The translations under genes and the position numbers were made by a program. From a virus (lineage: Duplodnaviria; Caudoviricetes): 39,908 nucleotides of DNA. The stretch spans positions 1-39,908 of the IMG/VR virus record IMGVR_UViG_3300038673_000134, one strand, 5' to 3'. Shown in pieces: positions 18,139-30,600 of the stretch (the stretch's first letter is position 1; each line of letters starts with the position of its first letter). The notes beneath the pieces are model-generated. The model did no database searches. It was not told the origin of the DNA and worked only from the letters and a program-made list of their open reading frames with translations.

Positions 18139-19692
18139 ATGCTGACACTTCCACAAATCCCATACGCTATGCAGAAAAACCGCAAAGAGATCGTGGCCAT
18201 GCGCGGCATCAACTACTCCGACCAGATCCAGGACGGGGACATGACGGACAGTCTGAACCTCTCTGCGCGGCGTTACCCCTACATCACCACCCGCAAGGCC
18301 AGGGTTAAGCAGACGTCATACGCCGATGCAACGGCCCTTACGGCGTGGGGCAAGCTGGTTGCCGTGGAGGGAACAAACCTGCTCTATGACGGATCCGTCG
18401 TTGGAACCGTGACCGCAGGCGCGAAACAGTTTGCCGTTGTCAACACAAAGCTGGTGATCTGGCCGGACAAGGTGTATCTCGACCTGAATACGAACACCGT
18501 CAAGGACATGGGCGCCAGCATAACCGGCGTGGGCGCGGTGTTCACTACCACCAAAATGACCATTGCATGGCAGGCAGGCGGCGAGGCCGTAGACCTGACG
18601 GAGATCTTCAAACAGGGCGACGCGATCACGATCACCGGCTGCACGGCCCAGGCCTCAAACAACAAGGACATTGTGATAAAGGGCCTGACCGCGACGGAGA
18701 TCACCGTTGCGGAAAACACATTTACGGCTGCGACCGAGACCAGCAACGAAATCACCCTGGAGCGGAAGATCCCCGACATGGACTTTATCTGCGAGAGCGA
18801 GAACCGGCTTTGGGGCTGCTCCAACGACGCGCAGACGCTGTACGCCTCCTCACTGGGCGATCCCACCAACTTCAATGTGTTTGAGGGACTTTCCACCGAC
18901 AGCTACGCCCTGGCCGTGGGCAGCGAGGGCAGCTTTACCGGCTGCTGTAAGCTCTCCTCCAGCGTGCTGTTCTGGAAAGAAACCAAGCTGCACAAGATCC
19001 TGGGCAGCTACCCGGCAGAGTACAGCCTTTACACCTACGACATTGAGGGCTTGCGCTCCGGCTGCCACAAGAGCTTGCAGGTTATCAACGAAGTGCTTTT
19101 CTACATGGGGCTGCACGGCGTCTATGCCTATTCTGGCGGCACTCCAAGCCTGATGAGCGCCAACTTTGGCAATCACGACTTTGCGGACGCCGTGGCCGGG
19201 AACGACGGAGACAGCTATTACCTGTCCGTCAAAGAGGGCACAAAGAAACACCTGTTCATATACGAGACCCGCGCCGGCATCTGGGTGCACGAGGACACGA
19301 TCTGTTGCGCGGACTTCGCCAGGATCGGGAAAGACCTCTATATGCTCAAAGACGATGGGGACGTATATCTGACCGTCGGCAGCACCGACGATGCGGCCAT
19401 TGAATGGCTGGCACAGTTTACGCCGTTCTATGAGACCGTACAGGGAAGAAAGATCCACAGCAAAATGACCCTGCGCCTGGAGCTTCCCGCCGGCAGCTAC
19501 GTCGCGGCCAGCGTTCGCTTTGACAGCGGCCCCTGGAGGGAGACCGCAAAAATCGTTGGCAAGACCGACGACGCCGTTCCGCTCCGCATTCTTCTTGACC
19601 GATGCGACAAGTTTGAAATGAAGCTGACCGGCAAAGGCCCCTGCACCATTCTCTCCATGATGCGGGAGTTCAGCGTTGGAAGCGAGGTGTAG
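18139..19692 (+). CDS. putative tail nozzle / tubular protein (P22 gp10-like, beta-propeller)
   Basis: 517 aa beta-rich, ENRLWG, YASSLGDPTNF; position in short-tail module. Confidence 0.65.
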   Translation: MLTLPQIPYAMQKNRKEIVAMRGINYSDQIQDGDMTDSLNLSARRYPYITTRKARVKQTSYADATALTAWGKLVAVEGTNLLYDGSVVGTVTAGAKQFAVVNTKLVIWPDKVYLDLNTNTVKDMGASITGVGAVFTTTKMTIAWQAGGEAVDLTEIFKQGDAITITGCTAQASNNKDIVIKGLTATEITVAENTFTAATETSNEITLERKIPDMDFICESENRLWGCSNDAQTLYASSLGDPTNFNVFEGLSTDSYALAVGSEGSFTGCCKLSSSVLFWKETKLHKILGSYPAEYSLYTYDIEGLRSGCHKSLQVINEVLFYMGLHGVYAYSGGTPSLMSANFGNHDFADAVAGNDGDSYYLSVKEGTKKHLFIYETRAGIWVHEDTICCADFARIGKDLYMLKDDGDVYLTVGSTDDAAIEWLAQFTPFYETVQGRKIHSKMTLRLELPAGSYVAASVRFDSGPWRETAKIVGKTDDAVPLRILLDRCDKFEMKLTGKGPCTILSMMREFSVGSEV

Positions 19693-19695
19693 CAG

Positions 19696-20076
19696 ATGGC
19701 CGTCTTACCTGAAAGCATGGACAGACTGGACGTGCAGGACACCGAGGGCAGCCTTTCCAAGGTGCAGGAGTATATCCGCTACATGGGAGAGCGGATCGAA
19801 TTCTCATTTCGGAACATGACAAAGACCGTCAGCGCGGCCGGCGTCTCCAGTGCAGAGCTGTATATCCTGATCCAGGCGCAGGCCCAAACCCTCGCAGCGC
19901 TGCAAAGCGCGGTCAACAGCATGGCCGGAAACATCACGACCCTGCAAAGCAGCGTGGCTGCGCTGCAAACCGCCGCGAGCGGCATCAACGACCGACTGGA
20001 CGGGATCGACGACAGCATAGCAGCTCTGGACGAGCGCGTGACCGCCCTGGAGAACCCCACCACACCAACACCCTGA
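19696..20076 (+). CDS. coiled-coil virion protein (tail needle/plug-like)
   Basis: heptad repeats LQSAVNSM..ITTLQSSVAALQT..LDERVTALE. Confidence 0.5.
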   Translation: MAVLPESMDRLDVQDTEGSLSKVQEYIRYMGERIEFSFRNMTKTVSAAGVSSAELYILIQAQAQTLAALQSAVNSMAGNITTLQSSVAALQTAASGINDRLDGIDDSIAALDERVTALENPTTPTP

Positions 20077-20099
20077 CGAAGAAACGGAGGTAACTTAAA

Positions 20100-21617
20100 A
20101 TGGCAGTATCTCAATACGATAAAGAGCATCTTTCCACAGACCAGCAGAGACAGATCGACGCGATTACCAAGGCTGCGGAGGCCGGCAGCATGGACTGGGG
20201 AACGGCGCACAGCCTTGCAGAGGGCATTCGTTCCCAGGCGGCCGGCGGCGGGTATTCAGGCGGCGCTGCCGGCGACGAATACAATCCGCTCTCCGGCGGA
20301 AACGGCATTGTCGGAGGCAACAGCGGGAACGGAGGCGGCGGAAACCTGAACAATACGGACTGGTACGGGCAGTTCCTCTCCGGCATTCAGAACGGCGCCG
20401 ACTACGACACCCTCAATTCCTACTATCAGAACCGCGTTGCAAAGACCGCGCCCGGAAGCGAGTATGAGCAGTTCGCCGGCGATGATGCTATGGGCTTCAT
20501 GCAGCAGTACCTTTCCAGTATGCAGCAAAACGACGCGATGCAGCAGATCAAGGACGCCATTGCCCAGATCCAGAACCAGAATTATTCCTACGGCGGGAGC
20601 GCATGGGACAGCAAGCTGGACGAGCTGGCGCAGGCCGCCATCGACTTCAACTATAACGACTGGACGAACAGCGATCAGTACAAGGCCCTTGCAGACCGCT
20701 ACGGCTACCAAGGGAACCTGACCATGCAGGACGTGCTGGGGCAGATCGCAAGCCGCACAGGCGGCCTTGCAAGCTCCTACGCGACCACCGCAGCGCAGCA
20801 GCAATACAACGACTACATGGCACAGCTGGAATCCGTAGCGCGTGGCCAGTACGCCGACGAAAAGAACAGTATGCTGGACAACGCCACCCTTGCCCAGAAC
20901 ATGAGCGAGACCGAATACCGGAGGTATCTGAATGAGCTATCTGCAAAGCAGAGCGGCCAGAGCGAGGCCCTGAACGCCTTGTTTAACATGATGGGAATTC
21001 AGACCGACGCTGCAAACAACGCCTATAACCGCCAGCAGAGCGAGGACAAGACGGAGTACAGCCAGGCGCTCCAGAAAGCCAAGACGCTTGCTGCGGCTGG
21101 CGACTTCTCCGGGTATGCGGCCCTGGGATACACGGACGCGGAGATTGCAAACCTCAAAACCGCCTATGACAAGGCGCAGGCGGCCTCTGTTTCGTCCGGT
21201 TCAAGAAGCAGATCCTCCGGCTCCGGCGGTTCGTCCGGCGGAAGCACGTCCGGAATCGTGGACACCATGGTTGGCATGGGGAGCGACACGAAAGCCTATG
21301 AGTATCTTCTGGGGCTTGGTTACACAAACGCCAAGACGGAACAGCTTTGGAGCTTGTATGAATCGGCGAGAGACGACGGCGGCTCCGGGAGCAGCACCCC
21401 GTCGTTCAGCGATTACAGCGAGGCTGTGGCCTACATGAAGCAAAACGGAGTGCCCAGCGGAAACGCGTCCGGGGCCATGACAAAGAGCGAGTGGGCACGC
21501 CGGAAAGCCTCTTATCAGAAATATGGGCAGGGCTGCACGGAGGTTACGTCTTATGACAGCTACTCCGAGTACCTGACGGCTTACGTTCAGTATTGCATCG
21601 AAACCTACGGAGGATAA
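20100..21617 (+). CDS. putative internal virion / DNA ejection protein
   Basis: G/S/Q/A-rich helical 505 aa; RBS GGAGG; lies between nozzle and giant protein. Confidence 0.55.
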   Translation: MAVSQYDKEHLSTDQQRQIDAITKAAEAGSMDWGTAHSLAEGIRSQAAGGGYSGGAAGDEYNPLSGGNGIVGGNSGNGGGGNLNNTDWYGQFLSGIQNGADYDTLNSYYQNRVAKTAPGSEYEQFAGDDAMGFMQQYLSSMQQNDAMQQIKDAIAQIQNQNYSYGGSAWDSKLDELAQAAIDFNYNDWTNSDQYKALADRYGYQGNLTMQDVLGQIASRTGGLASSYATTAAQQQYNDYMAQLESVARGQYADEKNSMLDNATLAQNMSETEYRRYLNELSAKQSGQSEALNALFNMMGIQTDAANNAYNRQQSEDKTEYSQALQKAKTLAAAGDFSGYAALGYTDAEIANLKTAYDKAQAASVSSGSRSRSSGSGGSSGGSTSGIVDTMVGMGSDTKAYEYLLGLGYTNAKTEQLWSLYESARDDGGSGSSTPSFSDYSEAVAYMKQNGVPSGNASGAMTKSEWARRKASYQKYGQGCTEVTSYDSYSEYLTAYVQYCIETYGG

Positions 21618-21629
21618 GGAGGGGCAAGC

Positions 21630-24600
21630 ATGAGTTTTAGTGATTGGACCAAAAAGCGGAAGCAACAGAATGCGTCCGCGAATCAGGACACCACAAAGGA
21701 ACAGAGCGGGACGCAGGCAACTGCGTCCGTTGCCGCTTCCAGCATTGCGCGGGATGACAAGCCCTCCTCTTTCGGTGAGTGGACCAGAAAAAGCCAGGGC
21801 GAGGCCGCGTGGCGCGACGAGGAGGTAGGGTTCAACGATTGGCTGGATAGCCTCTCGAAATTCTTCACCAGAATGAGCGATGACTATTCAAAACGGGATG
21901 GGGTCTACCAGAGCGCCGACACGATGGGGACCTATCTGGACGATACAGGCCGTGGAATCGATGCGCTTTCCCAGAAATCTGATGCCTATAAGCAGTATTT
22001 TACCGCCTACAAGAGCATGTACGACGAGCTTTACGGGGAGGATGCTGTCAACCAGATTCTCTCCTCTCTGGACGTGGGCAGCAAATACCTTTCCAACGTG
22101 CGCGAAAGCCTGAATAAGGAATCCGATTATTGGGCGCAGTTCCAGGATCAGGACGCATACGATCAGTACCAGAAGTACCTGAAATGGCAGGCGGTTCCGC
22201 AGGCGTCTGACTTTGCGGAAAAGAGCCAGTATAAAACCACCTACAACCCGGACAACGAGCATTTCAACGCCTGGACTGGCACCTATACCGACACCGGCTT
22301 TGGAGACGTCTATTACGATTACATCAACGGAGACGAGACCGCACAGAGCCGCACCATGCTGAACGACGTGAACGCAGGCGGCCCCGGAAGCCTATACGCC
22401 ACCACGCACGACTACTGGAAAGACCTGCCCGAAGATGTAGTAAAGACGTTCAACTACATCTATGCTACCGAGGGATCGGAAGCTGCATACGAGTACATCG
22501 GCGCCACGATCCAAAAGACCTACACCGGCATAGAGGCGCTTGGCCTTGGCTTCCTGCAAGGAACCGGCACCGCTTCCCTTTCTGCTGCGCTTGGCAAGGC
22601 CTATGCCGGCATCAGCGGAGACGACGAAGCCGGAGACCGCACGGACGACTGGTACAATCAGCTTCTCCAGGAAACCGCAGCGGCCAGCACAGAGCACCCC
22701 GGAATGGCCACCGCAGGCCAGGCAACCGGCACACTCAGTCTCATGGCCGGCATTGCCACCGGCATCGGCGCCATTGAGGGATTTTCCTCCTTGCCGGCAA
22801 TCGCACAGTCCATCATATCCGGCGGCGCTTCCCTTGGAGGCACGCAGGCGATCCAGGGCATTGGCGGCGCAGCAACCGGCAACCAGAGCTGGGGAGACTA
22901 CGCGCTTGACGTAGGCACCAACACGCTTTCCGGCGCGGCCGGCGGCGCTCTCTCCTCTGGCATCGGGACATGGGGAACAAAGTTCCTCCAGGGCAAGGGC
23001 CTTGCAGGGAACCAGCTTGCAAGAACCGTTGTCGCCGGTCTTTCCGGCACCGGCTTTGTGTCCGGCAGCAACGCAGTCTCACAGCCGGCGGAGTATCTGC
23101 GCGACCCGGAAAATTACGAGTTCGATATGAGCCAGTTTGCGGAGGAAGCCCTTGTCGGTTTTGCATTCTCCGCTTTCGGCTATCTCTCCAGAAACTACAC
23201 AACGGATCCCGGAACGGCCGCCCAAATGGACGCGGACGATGCTCTTGTAAACAAATACTTCAAGGGCATGACGCAGGAAGAAGCGACAGCGGCTTACCGG
23301 CAGTATGCCAAGCAGTACCACCCGGATCTATACGCAAGCGCAGACGCAGCTACCCAGCAAGCCATGAATGCCACTATGGCAGAGGTAAACGCGGCCTATG
23401 CCCGCTTCAATGTCACCCACGGCGCGGCAGCATACCAGGCAGCCCAAGAGGCCAAGGCCAGCGGAAACACAACGGCTTATGAACAGGCTGCATCAGAGTT
23501 CCAGCAGAGCGCCGCAGCACTCCAGGCGGCGGCCACACAGGGCGGCCTTGCGACCGCAGAGACGGCAGAGGCGGCGCAGATCCTGAACGCCGTTGCTTCC
23601 GGCATGGCCGGAGGCATGGCAAGCGAGGCCGTCACCGGCGCTGTTCCGGCAGTTACGGAGCAGCCGACGGCGCCCGCTGTCCAGGAAACCACCACACCGG
23701 CGCCCACGGCGCAGGAGATCACCACGCAGCTTGTGCAGGCGGGCGTGGAGCCGACCGAGGCGGAAAGTCTTGGCAGCAGTATGGCGGCGCTGATGAACGG
23801 AGAGGAGATCAGCGGGAACAAGGCCGGCGCCATTGCCGAAAATGAAGTGGCCGTTTCCATTCTGGAAAACACCACCGGCCAGCAGATCAACACCGACGCA
23901 CCTCTGTCCGAAGTTAAGGCGGCCATTCGCAGCCTTGCAAGCCCCGCAGAGACACAGGAGGCGGCGCCGGCAGGCGTGGACACCGCCCTGGAAGAACGCG
24001 CAGCAGCGGCCGCAGAAACGGCCGTACAGCCCAGCGACATTGACGCCGTGCGGGACTTCGCCTCCACCCTGGAGAAGGCGGGCAGCAAGGCCCTGACCAC
24101 CATGTTCAACGACGGGCAGAACGCCGCTGATTATGTCCAGGAGATGATGCAGGAGTATAACGCCGGCCGCAGCGGAGCGGAGTTCACAGGCGGCAGCACG
24201 CATCTTGTTATCAATCAGACCCAGGCGGAGGCGGCCTATCTCGCAGGGCAGGCAGACGCGCACAACGCCACAGAAACCGTATTGCAGCCGAGCGAAAAAC
24301 AGGGTACAATTAAGGCAGAAAAGAAAACCTTTGTGCCGGCGAAAAAGGCCGACTGGGCCGCGCATGACGTCCAGTATTTTGTACCTGGCAAAAAGACGCC
24401 GATTGCATATAGCACAATCTCCGACCGCGACCTGCTGGGCGTGCTTGCAGATGCACACCCGGATGCTACGATCTCCGATCTGCGCGATTACATCAACTAC
24501 GGCGAGGAAGCAAAGCGCATTGTTGACGCTTATGTTGCCAACGGCTACGGGGACGAGAACGCAAATAAATACTTCACCTATGACGGGAATAAGCTGGCCG

Positions 24601-27600
24601 CAAAGGTTGGCGAAACAGTAAAGGAGGACACCACCAATGGCAGACAGGCAGGAGCTGATCGACAGGGAGTACGACCGAGTGAAGCGGGAAATGATGGAAC
24701 AGGGTCTGCGGAGCGACGAGGCGGCGGACTACGCGATGGAGGCGGCGAACACTCTGGCGGCGAGCCTGGGGCCGGACGAGGCAGAGGCGCTGCCGAGCTT
24801 GGAACGGCAACTGAAGTACCAGTGGGAAATGAGCGAATCGAAGCAAAAGTACGAGAAGTTCAGAGTGGCGCCGAACCAAGTGGAAACAGCTCTGGAAATG
24901 ACAATGATGTTCGAGGGGACGGAGGAACACGAGCGCCAGCAACTGGTGAAAAAGTGGGTGCAGAAGCTGAAGGAGACGCCGGCAGAGTAGAACCGGCGCC
25001 GTTGGAGGCAGTTACCCCGGAGCAGCAGTCACAGCAGAAAGCAGATCTTGCAAATCAGGAGCAGCCCAAGGGCAACAACTTTGTTATCCAGGAAAAGGGC
25101 GGCGTCAAGATCCCGACCACGCCAAAGAGCAGATACACCGCAAATGTGGCGGCCATCAAAACGCTGCGCAATATCATGGCCGGAGACCGGCTTGCCACCC
25201 CGGCAGAGCAGGAAATACTTGCGAAGTACACCGGCTGGGGCGGGATCTCCAATGCCTTTGACGGAAAGAACGGCTTTGAAAAGGAGTTCGCACAGCTGCA
25301 AAAGCTCCTGGACGACGGAGAATATAAGACCGCCAAGGCGTCTATCCTGGACGCCTATTTCACCGAGCCTGAAATTATCCGCGCTATGTATAACGGCCTG
25401 GCTTCTTTGGGCTTCACCGGCGGCCGTCTGCTGGAGCCGAGCGCCGGCGTTGGCCGTTTCATCGGAGCTATGCCGCAGGATATGCTTTCCGGCGTGCGTT
25501 CTTTCACGGCCGTGGAGCTGGATAAGATCACCGGCAGCATTGCAAAGTACCTGTACCCAAACGCCGATGTGCGCGTGCAGGGCTTTGAAGCGGCGAAGAT
25601 CCCGCAGGAGTACATGGACGTGGCCATTGGCAACGTCCCGTTTGGCAACATTGCCGTTGCAGACAAGGCGTACCCGGCGGCCGTCACCAAGTCTATCCAC
25701 AATTATTTCATAGCAAAGAGCCTGGATAAGGTGAGACCCGGCGGCATCGCCACGTTTATAACCAGTACAGGCACTATGGACGCCGAAAACAGCGCGGCCC
25801 GCGACTTCTTCATGAAGCAGGCTGATCTGATCGGCGCTATTCGTCTGCCCAATACCGCGTTCCAGAGCGCCGGCACTCCTGTTGTCACGGATATTCTTGT
25901 TTTCAAAAAGCGCGAGGCCGGCACGCCTTACAAGGGAGAGGCATTCACCGAGGTTGGACACAAGGGCTGGACGGAACCTGGGCATTACGGCAACTATGCC
26001 ATCAACGAGTATTTCATCAAGCACCCCGAAATGCTGCTTGGTAAGGCCGCTTATGGCACGGGCCAGTATGGCCGCACCATCGTGACCTATGACCCCCTGG
26101 ACAGCAGGTACAGCCTCCAGACCCAGATTGAGCGCGCCTTTGCAAAGATCGACGCCAAAATGGAATACCCCGTGCAGAAAAGCGGAGAGGAGATCCGGGC
26201 GGAGATCAAGGCTGACGCTGGAAAGGCGAAGCCCGGAACCATCGTCAAAAAGAACGGGAAGTTCTACAAGGCCGAAAACGGCGCCCTGGTGGAGACCGCA
26301 GACATAGCGGCCAAGGACGCGGAGCGCATGACCTCTGTTCTGGAGATCCGCGACACCGCCCGGAAGCTGCTTGACGCCCAGGTGAACGGCGCCGGCGCCG
26401 GAGAGATCGACATTTATCGCAAGAACCTGAATACCCTCTATGACGCCTTTGTGAAAGAGCATGGTATTCTCCACAAGCAGGGCAACCAGCGGCTTGTCAG
26501 CAAGGACGGAGACAGCGCCTTTATTATGGCCCTGGAGGACTACAACAAGGACACCGGCGTGGGCGCAAAGGCTGCCATTTTCACGAAGAACACCGTCGCC
26601 CCCATTCAGGCCGTCACGCACGCCGACAGCGTAGACCAGGCAATGACCATCACTCTCAATGAGAGCGGAACGGTTGACCTTGCAAGGATCGCGCAGCTGA
26701 CCGGCGGAACCGTGGACAGCGTAAAGTCAGAGCTGCTCAACCGCGAGCTTGCCTATCTGAACCGAAACGGAGACCCGGAGCCGGCGACGCAGTATCTTTC
26801 CGGCAACGTCCGGGCGAAACTGCGGGACGCAGAGGCACTGGCGGAAGCAGACCCCGCGTACAAGCGCAATGTGGATGCTCTGAAAAAGGTGATCCCCGCC
26901 GACATTGCGCCGGAGGACGTGAGCGTGCGCCTGGGCGCCACATGGATCCCGGACAGCGTTTACAGCCAGTTTGCATCTGAAATGCTGGGCGGCGGCACGA
27001 CCTACGACTATAAGCGCGGGCAGGTTCCGTCCGTGGAAGTGACCTACAACCGCCAGGTTGGAAAATACTTCGTCACCATCAACGACAACTGGATGCGCTC
27101 CCGCCCGGAGAATACCACAGAATGGGGCACGTCTGACCGGCCGCTGGTCGGATCCGAAAACGCCTCTATCCTCCCTGCTGCCCTGAACAACAAAACCGTC
27201 TCCGTCTGGCGCACCGTGGGCGATAACCGCGTGCTGGATATTCAGGCGACCCAGGCGGCCCAGGAGAAAATGGCAAAGGTGCTGGCGGAGTTCTCCCGCT
27301 GGCTCTGGAAAGATGCCGGCCGCCGCGCGGAGCTTGGCAAGCAGTATAACGACACGTTCAACAACACTGTCACCCCCAAATATGACGGCAGCAATCTGAC
27401 CGTGAACGGCAGCAACCCGGACATGAAGATGCGGCCGCACCAGCTGGACGCCGTGCAGCGGATCATCAGCAGCGGGGGCAATACCCTGCTTGCACACCGC
27501 GTCGGCGCCGGAAAGACCTATGAAATGGCAGCGGCAGCCATGAAGCTGCGGCAGCTTGGCGTTGTGAAAAAGCCGGTATTCATCGCACCGAACCACCTTG

Positions 27601-30600
27601 TGGCACAATGGGGCAATGAGTTCCTTTCCTACTTCCCGGCAGCAAAGATCAAGGTTGTTGAAAAAGGCAGCCTGACGGCGAAGAACCGCAAGATCTTCGC
27701 AAACCAAATCGCCACCGGCGACTTCGACGCCGTGATTATGAGCTACGAGCAATTTGAAGCCATACCCATGAGCGATACGAGCCTGGAAGCATTCTACCAG
27801 GAGCAGATCGACAGCCTGGAGCAGGCAATCCTGGAGAGCAAGCGGGCAAAGGGCAAGGATCCCAGCGTGCGCGATATGGAACGCTCCAAAAAATCACTTG
27901 AAGCCAAGCTGAAGAACCTGGTCAATGAGGGCAAAAAGGACGTTGACAATATCGACTTTGAGCAGCTTGGCATTGACGCCCTGTTCGTAGACGAGGCCCA
28001 CAACTTCAAAAACCTGTTCTATACCACCAAAATGCAGGGCGTGGCCGACATGGGCGACAAGAGCGGATCCCAGCGTGCGCTTGACCTCTACATGAAAGTG
28101 CGCTATCTGCAAAGGCTGAACGGCGGGCGCGGCATTGTCTTTGCGACCGCGACGCCGGTTATGAACAGCGTTGTTGAGCTTTACACCATGCAGCGCTATT
28201 TGCAGCCGGATCTTCTGGAGGCAAAGGGTCTTACCAACTTCGACGCCTGGGTAAACCAGTTCGGAGAAGTCACCAGCATTCGCCGCATGAAGCCCAGCGG
28301 AACCGGCTACGACATTAAGCAGAGCCTGTCCCGCTATAAGAACATGGCCGAAATGCAGCAGATGTTCCGCGCCTTTTCCGATGTGATCGTTGACGCGGAG
28401 GAGCTTCCGTACCTGGATATTCCCAAGATGAAAGGCGGAAAGCGAATTGTCGTCGAGTGCGAACCCGGCGACTTCCAACAGGCGTTCATGCAGCAGTTGA
28501 GCGAACGGGCAGAAAGCCTGAAAGGCAGCGGCGGCACAAAGGGCGGCGACCATATCTTCAAGATCATGGGCGACGGCAAGATGGTAAGCTATTCCCAGCA
28601 CATGATTAACCCGGCTCTCCCCTACGAGGACGAGGGCAAGATCATGAAGTGCGTGGACAACCTCTACCAGATATGGAAGCGCAGCGCCACCTTTACCGGC
28701 AAGGACGGAAAGGCACAGAAGAACGGCACGCAGCTTGTTTTCTGTGATCGTGGCGTGCCCGGAGGAAAGGACGCCGAACGCGGCGCCTGCATCTATTCCG
28801 ACATGAAGAACCTGCTTGTCGGTATGGGCGTGCCGGAAGAACAGATTGCCTTTATCCATGACGCGGCCAGCGACGCCGCAAAGGAGGAGCTTTTCAAGAA
28901 AGTCAATGACGGAGACGTGCGTATTTTGATCGGATCCTCTGACAAGATGGGCACCGGCATGAACGTGCAAAAGCGCATTGTGGCCCTGCATGAGCTGAAC
29001 GCGCCAGACCGCCCCGGCGACCTTGAACAGAACGAGGGCCGCGCACTCCGCCAGAAGAACCTGAACGCGGAAGTCGAGGTTTATTCCTACGTCACGAAGC
29101 GCACCTTCGACAGCCGGCAATGGGACACGCTGAAACGAAAGGCAATCTTTATCCACCAGGTTATGTCCGGCAACTACACCGGGCGCGAGGCTGCCGGCGA
29201 CGGTGACCTTGCCACCAGCGCAGCGGAGATCTCCGCCATTGCCTCTGACAATCCCCTTATCCTGGAACAGTTCGATATTTCCGAACAGATCAACACCCTG
29301 GAAAACCTGGAACGTGCCCACACCAAGGAGGCCAACGAGGCCAAGCAAAAGATCGTTAAGGCCCGCGCAGAGATTGCCCAGGACGAGGAATACCTTACCC
29401 GCTACAAGAACGACCTTGCAAGCCGCCAGGACACCGCAGGAGACAAGTTTAAGCTAACCCTGGACGGTAAGACCTACGACGAGAGAAAGACCGCAGGCGA
29501 GGCGTTAATCGGAAAGTCAAAGGACGTCCTGAAAATTGGCGACATTGAGAACAACACCGATGTTGGCAGCTTCGCCGGCTTCAAGCTGCTTCTAACCAGC
29601 AAAGGCGATATGCTGCTGCGTGGCGAGGCCCAATACAGAGGCACGGTCAATATGCAGAGCGCAGCCGGCACTATCCAGGCACTTGAGGCGATCCCGAAGC
29701 GCCTGGACGGCATCGTTGCAAACACCCAGGCCCGCCTTTCTGAAAACAAGGCGTCTATCGCCAAGCTGGAGAAAGCGGCGGCCGCTCCCTTTGACCGCGC
29801 AGACGAGCTTGTGAAACTGCGTGCGCGGGAAATGGAGATCATGACCGAGCTGAACCCGGAGAGCAACCGCGACATGGGCGTTGACGATGCGGACGGCGGA
29901 GCGGATCTGCTGGTCGATACCGAGAACACGGCAGACACCGTTTCCCAGGAGATCAGCAGCGCCAAAACCTCCATCAAACAGATCCCGGCCCTTTTCAAGG
30001 ATAAGAACGTGAAGTTCGGAAAAGTGAATATCGACATTGGCGGCGGCAAGTTCGACCTGGCGACGGACTACCTTAAATCCATCGGGACGCTGAACCTGGT
30101 ATTTGATCCCTACAACCGCAGCGAGGCCGTGAATGCCGACACCCTGAATTATCTGCGTGGAGGGTATAAGGCAGACACCGCCACTTGCGCCAACGTCCTC
30201 AACGTGATAAAGGAGCCGGCGGCCAGGGCGAATGTCATTCTTGAAACCGCAAAGGCGATCCTGCCCAATGGCCGTGTTTATTTCATGGTCTACGAGGGCG
30301 ACGGAAGCGGCGTCGGGAAAGAAACCTCCTCCGGCTGGCAGAACAACCGCAAGACCCGCGACTACATGGACGAGATCAGGAAGTATTTCAGAGGCGTGCA
30401 GCGCCAGGGCAAGCTGATTACAGCCACGGAGCCGAAAGGGAACCTGCCCAAGGCCTCCTGGGAAGTCTCACCCGGTAAGGGCGTTCTCTACAGCAAGGAC
30501 GTTACCAACGACGGCATACCGCACCCGGAACGCTGGACGGCAAAGCGCGTAGGCAGCAGCGACACGGCGCCAAAGCCGGTCTCTGATATTATCGCGCAGA

